This document shows, piece after piece, positions 6,627-10,166 of a stretch of DNA of 10,166 nt; positions within the stretch are counted from its first letter, which is position 1; the number at the start of each line of letters is the position of its first letter. Where the stretch lies: positions 11,592 through 21,757 of the forward strand of contig CAZOYD010000060.1 in the NCBI GenBank assembly GCA_964583985.1. The letters run 5' to 3'. The notes under the pieces were generated by a model. It saw nothing but the letters and a program-made list of their open reading frames with translations, was not told the DNA's origin and ran no database searches. The position numbers and the translations under genes were made by a program. Source of the stretch: an uncultured archaeon (GTDB taxonomy: Archaea > Asgardarchaeota > Lokiarchaeia > Sigyniarchaeales > SOKP01).

Positions 6627-8102
6627 ATGAATTCTGAAAAATTGTTATCATGGGAATTTTTGAAAAATGTGGCTGAAACCCTAGACTCATTTAGGGTTCG
6701 AGCGTTGATAGATGGAAAGAATGATATTTTAAAAGCAGGTATATACACGGAAGACCAATTTCAAGTCTTATTTTTCAATATGTTTGATTTTGAACAATTA
6801 AAATACGAATTACTAACTTTCTTAAAAAACAAACCCGAAAATACTCTTAAAGACTTAATAGAGTTCACAAAATTAAAAAAAATTGATTTAAGAACGGTAT
6901 TAACTCTTTTAACATTATTGAAAAATGAGAAGTTATTAAATGTAGAAGAACTAAAAGAACAAAAGAATACCGATAATCAAGATTTATCAATTTATAAATT
7001 AAAAGATTTTATTATAACTTTAAATGAGATTATTACGGGAAAAACTATTTATGAACCCGTACAAATAATATTTGATGCAAAAATATGCTCTGGATGCGGA
7101 TTGTGCACTGGGATATGCCCAGTTAATTGCATTACGATGGTCAATGGAATCGGAAATGTAGATGATAAAGCATGTATAAAATGCGGATTATGCTATTTGT
7201 TATGCCCTAGAACATTTTTGCCAACAATTAGCATGCACATGGCGCAAATGAATAGCAATCATCTTGAAACTCATGATCTAATGGGACCTTACTTGGATAT
7301 TTTTTCTGCTCGAACAAAAATAACAGAGATCAAACACGTTTGTCAAGATGGAGGGGTCACGAGCAGCTGTCTCTATTATTTATTCAAGAGTCACCAAATT
7401 AACTTGGCATTAGGGGCAACGATGAGTGAAGATCCTTGGAGACCAAAAGCTTTTTTATTAAGTTCAAAGGAAGATGTTATATCTTCAGCTGGAACAAAAT
7501 ACGTGAATAACCCAAATTTAAGTTTACTAAATGATAAAAGACTTTCACAAACCAATTTTGCAATTGTAGGAGTTCCATGTCAGATGCAAGCACTTTTAAA
7601 ATCCAAGCTATACAACTTACATTTCAAGTATAAGTATCGAATAGGGATATTCTGCATGGAATCTTTTTCTTATGATAGCTTCTTGAAAATATGTAGTTTA
7701 GTTGATGTAAACGCAGCGAATGTGAGTAAAACTAACATCAATAAGGGTAAATTCTTTATTTATACTAATGATGGGAGTGAATTCTCAGTTCCCATAAAAG
7801 AAATAACACATTTAGCTAGACCCGATTGCGAAGTTTGTTATGATCTTACTTCTGAATTCGCTGATATCTCCATAGGATCAATAGGTTCTCCTTCGGGGTG
7901 GAATACCGTAATTATTCGAACTTTAGAAGGGAAAAAACTTTACGAAGAGCTAATCGCTCACGACGTTATTGAATCGGTACACTTTAAAGATGTTAAACCA
8001 GGATTATCAATGCTTCAAAAAATTGCTCGATCAAAAAAGGTAAAATGCCAAAAATCCTTGGATGAAAAAAGAAAAGAAAATCTTCGATTTCCAAGCTATT
8101 AA
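6627..8102 (+). CDS. FrhB/FdhB-family F420-binding flavoprotein with 2x[4Fe-4S] ferredoxin domain and extra N-terminal helical domain
   Basis: CSGCGLCTGICP and CIKCGLCYLLCP, plus FrhB motifs QDGGVTS, AGTKY, VGVPCQ, IGIFCMESF and CEVCYDLTSEFADISIGSIGSPSGWNTVIIRT. ATG 6627 is preferred over GTG 6585, which lies within the predicted RNA structure. Confidence 0.9.
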   Translation: MNSEKLLSWEFLKNVAETLDSFRVRALIDGKNDILKAGIYTEDQFQVLFFNMFDFEQLKYELLTFLKNKPENTLKDLIEFTKLKKIDLRTVLTLLTLLKNEKLLNVEELKEQKNTDNQDLSIYKLKDFIITLNEIITGKTIYEPVQIIFDAKICSGCGLCTGICPVNCITMVNGIGNVDDKACIKCGLCYLLCPRTFLPTISMHMAQMNSNHLETHDLMGPYLDIFSARTKITEIKHVCQDGGVTSSCLYYLFKSHQINLALGATMSEDPWRPKAFLLSSKEDVISSAGTKYVNNPNLSLLNDKRLSQTNFAIVGVPCQMQALLKSKLYNLHFKYKYRIGIFCMESFSYDSFLKICSLVDVNAANVSKTNINKGKFFIYTNDGSEFSVPIKEITHLARPDCEVCYDLTSEFADISIGSIGSPSGWNTVIIRTLEGKKLYEELIAHDVIESVHFKDVKPGLSMLQKIARSKKVKCQKSLDEKRKENLRFPSY

Positions 8103-8266
8103 TCCCTATTATTCTACTGTTGTTGACTTTTATGGTTTAATTTGGCATTTATTGGATTCTTTATTTAAACAGTCGCTATTTACAATGAGTCAGTGCTAAA
8201 AAACACAAAATTAATATTAAATTTCACATTAAAAAGATCAATATCGAATTTAAGATTGAACTAATA

Positions 8267-8752
8267 ATGAGTATTGTACCCGCGTTTAGACCGAAACATT
8301 TCCGAGAAAAGATCTTCTTTAGAAATCTACGCTCTCAAATAGATGGAAATGCTCTAGTAGAATTTGGATTAACTCAGATTCGTGGTGTTGGTAGAAGATT
8401 TTCTCAAGCCATAGTACACGTAGCTGAAATCGACCCCCAAATGAGAATTGGTGCCTTATCTGAGAAAGATCTAAATAAGCTTGAAGAAATCATGATGGAT
8501 CCAATACAACACGGAATTCCCTCTTGGATGGTCAATCGGAAAAAGGACATGAGGACTGGTGAAGATAAACATATTTTAGGCAATTCTCTTGATTTACAAA
8601 CTAAACAAGACATCGATCGCATGAAACGGATAAAAAGCTATAAAGGAGTTCGTCATCACAATAAATTAAAAGTGAGAGGACAAAGGACTAAAAGCACTGG
8701 TCGACATGGCTTGGTAATTGGAGTCGTACGGAAAAAGAGAGGACAACCTTAG
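8267..8752 (+). CDS. rps13: 30S ribosomal protein S13 (uS13, archaeal/eukaryotic S18-like)
   Basis: IDGN...GLTQIRGVGRRFS, IPSWMVNRKKDMRTGEDKH, DIDRMKRIKSYKGVRH and LKVRGQRTKSTGR. Confidence 0.97.
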   Translation: MSIVPAFRPKHFREKIFFRNLRSQIDGNALVEFGLTQIRGVGRRFSQAIVHVAEIDPQMRIGALSEKDLNKLEEIMMDPIQHGIPSWMVNRKKDMRTGEDKHILGNSLDLQTKQDIDRMKRIKSYKGVRHHNKLKVRGQRTKSTGRHGLVIGVVRKKRGQP

Positions 8753-8756
8753 GTGA
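8751..8756 (+). promoter_or_regulatory. Shine-Dalgarno site of rps4 (AGGTGA) overlapping the rps13 stop
   Basis: AGGTGA 6 nt upstream of ATG 8763. Confidence 0.6.
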
Positions 8757-8762
8757 AATATC

Positions 8763-9272
8763 ATGGGAGATCCACGGCGGTTAAGGAAGAAGTTTAAAAA
8801 ACCAAAACATCCCTTTCAAAAGGAGCGAATCCTGGAAGAATTGGAATTTATCGGAAAATATGGTCTGCGAAATAAACGTGAATTCTGGAAAATGAGGACT
8901 ATCTTGGGTAATTGGAGAAAAATTGCCCGTGAGTCTAGATCCTTACCACACGATAAAGCTAAAAAAGTTCAACAAGAATTAATAAATAAGCTAAACCGAC
9001 TTGGTGTTATTGGGGCGCAAGCTCAATTTGAAGATGTTCTCCTTCTCACTGTAGATGATATCTTAAAAAGAAGATTACAAACTCTCGTATTTGAAAAGGG
9101 CTTGACAAAAACAGTATACGAAGCTCGACAAAGGATAATTCACAAACATGTTGCAATCGGAGATAAATTAATTAATTCCCCATCTTATATAGTAAAATTA
9201 GATGAAGAAAATCTAATAAGATATGCTCCAAGCAGTCCTTTCACCCAAATAAAAGAAAATCCAAAGAAGTAG
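8763..9272 (+). CDS. rps4: 30S ribosomal protein S4 (uS4, archaeal type)
   Basis: MGDPRRLRKKFKKPKHPF, YGLRNKREFW, RRLQTLVFEKGL, ARQRIIHKHVAI and NSPSYIV. Confidence 0.97.
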   Translation: MGDPRRLRKKFKKPKHPFQKERILEELEFIGKYGLRNKREFWKMRTILGNWRKIARESRSLPHDKAKKVQQELINKLNRLGVIGAQAQFEDVLLLTVDDILKRRLQTLVFEKGLTKTVYEARQRIIHKHVAIGDKLINSPSYIVKLDEENLIRYAPSSPFTQIKENPKK

Positions 9273-9322
9273 TTTTCCTTTAGGAATTTCTAATCAGCTT
9301 TTCTAATTTTTTGATTTGTATT

Positions 9323-9595
9323 TTATTCCTCTTTAATATTACAGAATATTAAGGAAAATAATAAAATTAAACCTACTATTGTAAAAAAGGCCCCTAAAAC
9401 AATCAATTCATAAAACCATTCAAGCATCGAAGGTTTTGCACTTATTATATAAGGGAGATACTCTACGGGTGTTGAATTTATTTTGTTCATCAGAAAGGTT
9501 GCTGATGATACTATTAAAAAAGTTCCCAATACGATTAATACTAAAGTAAAATAAATTGAGTTGTTTAATTTGATATAATTTCTTATGGAGTTCAT
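9323..9595 (-). CDS. Small membrane protein, two predicted transmembrane helices (90 aa)
   Basis: Hydrophobic segments IYFTLVLIVLGTFLIVSSATFLM and LIVLGAFFTIVGLILLFSLIFC. An AGGA SD-like site lies upstream of the ATG. Confidence 0.65.
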   Translation of the reverse strand: MNSIRNYIKLNNSIYFTLVLIVLGTFLIVSSATFLMNKINSTPVEYLPYIISAKPSMLEWFYELIVLGAFFTIVGLILLFSLIFCNIKEE

Positions 9596-9665
9596 TATCT
9601 TCCTAGATTCAACAAGTTGTTTTAAATTTTTTCTTGATGGGTATCATATCCTTTCTGGCATATCT

Positions 9666-9720
9666 TTCCTCGTATAATCACTTTTTATTCCTCGTATATT
9701 ATTTCGACTAAATTTCGACT
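9666..9720. repeat. Two pairs of short direct repeats in an intergenic region
   Basis: TTCCTCGTATA at 9666-9676 and 9688-9698 (22-bp period). ATTTCGACT at 9701-9709 and 9712-9720 (11-bp period). Confidence 0.7.
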
Positions 9721-9813
9721 TAATTCTGCAGTTTGCGGTGAAAATAAATGGTGAAAATTCTCTAATTTAAAACACTCCTGCGATTTATTAGGTCGACCTT
9801 CTCTTTTTTTATC

Positions 9814-10038
9814 ATGGAAAAACCTTGTTCATATTATGATTGGGAAAAAAGTTTCAAAAACACTTCCGAAAAAAAGAAAAATAAGCCCAGGGAATTAAGG
9901 CGTATTAACTCGATAGGGATATCTGCCGATTCCTTCAAGAGCTATTTGAAGTCATGGAAGTCTAAAAATATGAATAAGAGCTTTAAGAAAGAGAACAACT
10001 TGAGAATTAACAATATTAAAACATTATTAAAATCCTAA
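9814..10038 (+). CDS. Doubtful Lys/Asn/Ser-rich hypothetical protein (74 aa)
   Basis: Open frame with ATG and TAA only. No recognisable motif, and the composition could reflect A-rich DNA. Confidence 0.35.
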   Translation: MEKPCSYYDWEKSFKNTSEKKKNKPRELRRINSIGISADSFKSYLKSWKSKNMNKSFKKENNLRINNIKTLLKS

Positions 10039-10166
10039 AATATTATATTAATTTATTTCTAAATGTGTTCACTCCTTAAAAAGGCATGTTGAGTTTAACT
10101 TAAATTCGAGGGTATTAAACCTTTAAAATGCTTATCAAAAGTAGCTAAAAAATTACAGTTTAATCG

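Noticed and set aside
6518-6748. Track ORF 6518-6748 (-)
   Set aside because: Antisense to mvhD and frhB, with no motif.
8122-8210. SECIS or structured RNA after frhB (ATGAGTCAGTG...; GTTGACTT/GAGTCAGT pairing)
   Set aside because: The helix after ATGA is only 3 bp with no 3' GA. The other pairings are compatible with chance in AT-rich DNA.
8404-8622. Track ORF 8404-8622 (-)
   Set aside because: Antisense shadow of rps13.
9596-9661. Minus-strand in-frame extension of the membrane protein through a TGA (MPERI*YPSRKNLKQLVESRKI-M), with GAGGA upstream
   Set aside because: No Cys or redox motif context and no SECIS-like element downstream. The ATG at 9595 has its own SD-like site. Probably chance unless homologues show Cys there.

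Overview
AT-rich archaeal chromosomal window, most consistent with an Asgard archaeon (probably Lokiarchaeia). This assignment is inferred from a Rab-like GTPase lacking a prenylation tail, archaeal ribosomal proteins, F420 genes and UGA-recoded redox genes. Gene order: partial Rab-like GTPase (+), cofC-like (+), coiled-coil protein (-), serS (-), small basic protein (-), then a divergent + strand cluster hdrA-mvhD-frhB-like, rps13, rps4, a small membrane protein (-) and a doubtful Lys-rich ORF (+). The ORF track misses the main feature. hdrA (4091-6091) is one continuous gene with two in-frame TGA codons (U19 in C-E-U-G, U203 in DDCGIU), and mvhD (6111-6536) has a third (U17 in C-E-K-U-G-Y). 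All three fall at conserved Cys positions, so they are best read as selenocysteine. A structured, SECIS-like but non-canonical RNA element follows mvhD. Together the genes suggest a selenium-containing, F420-linked flavin-bifurcation module (HdrA-MvhD-FrhB) with no adjacent HdrBC or hydrogenase genes. The usual archaeal rps13-rps4-rps11-rpoD cluster is broken after rps4.
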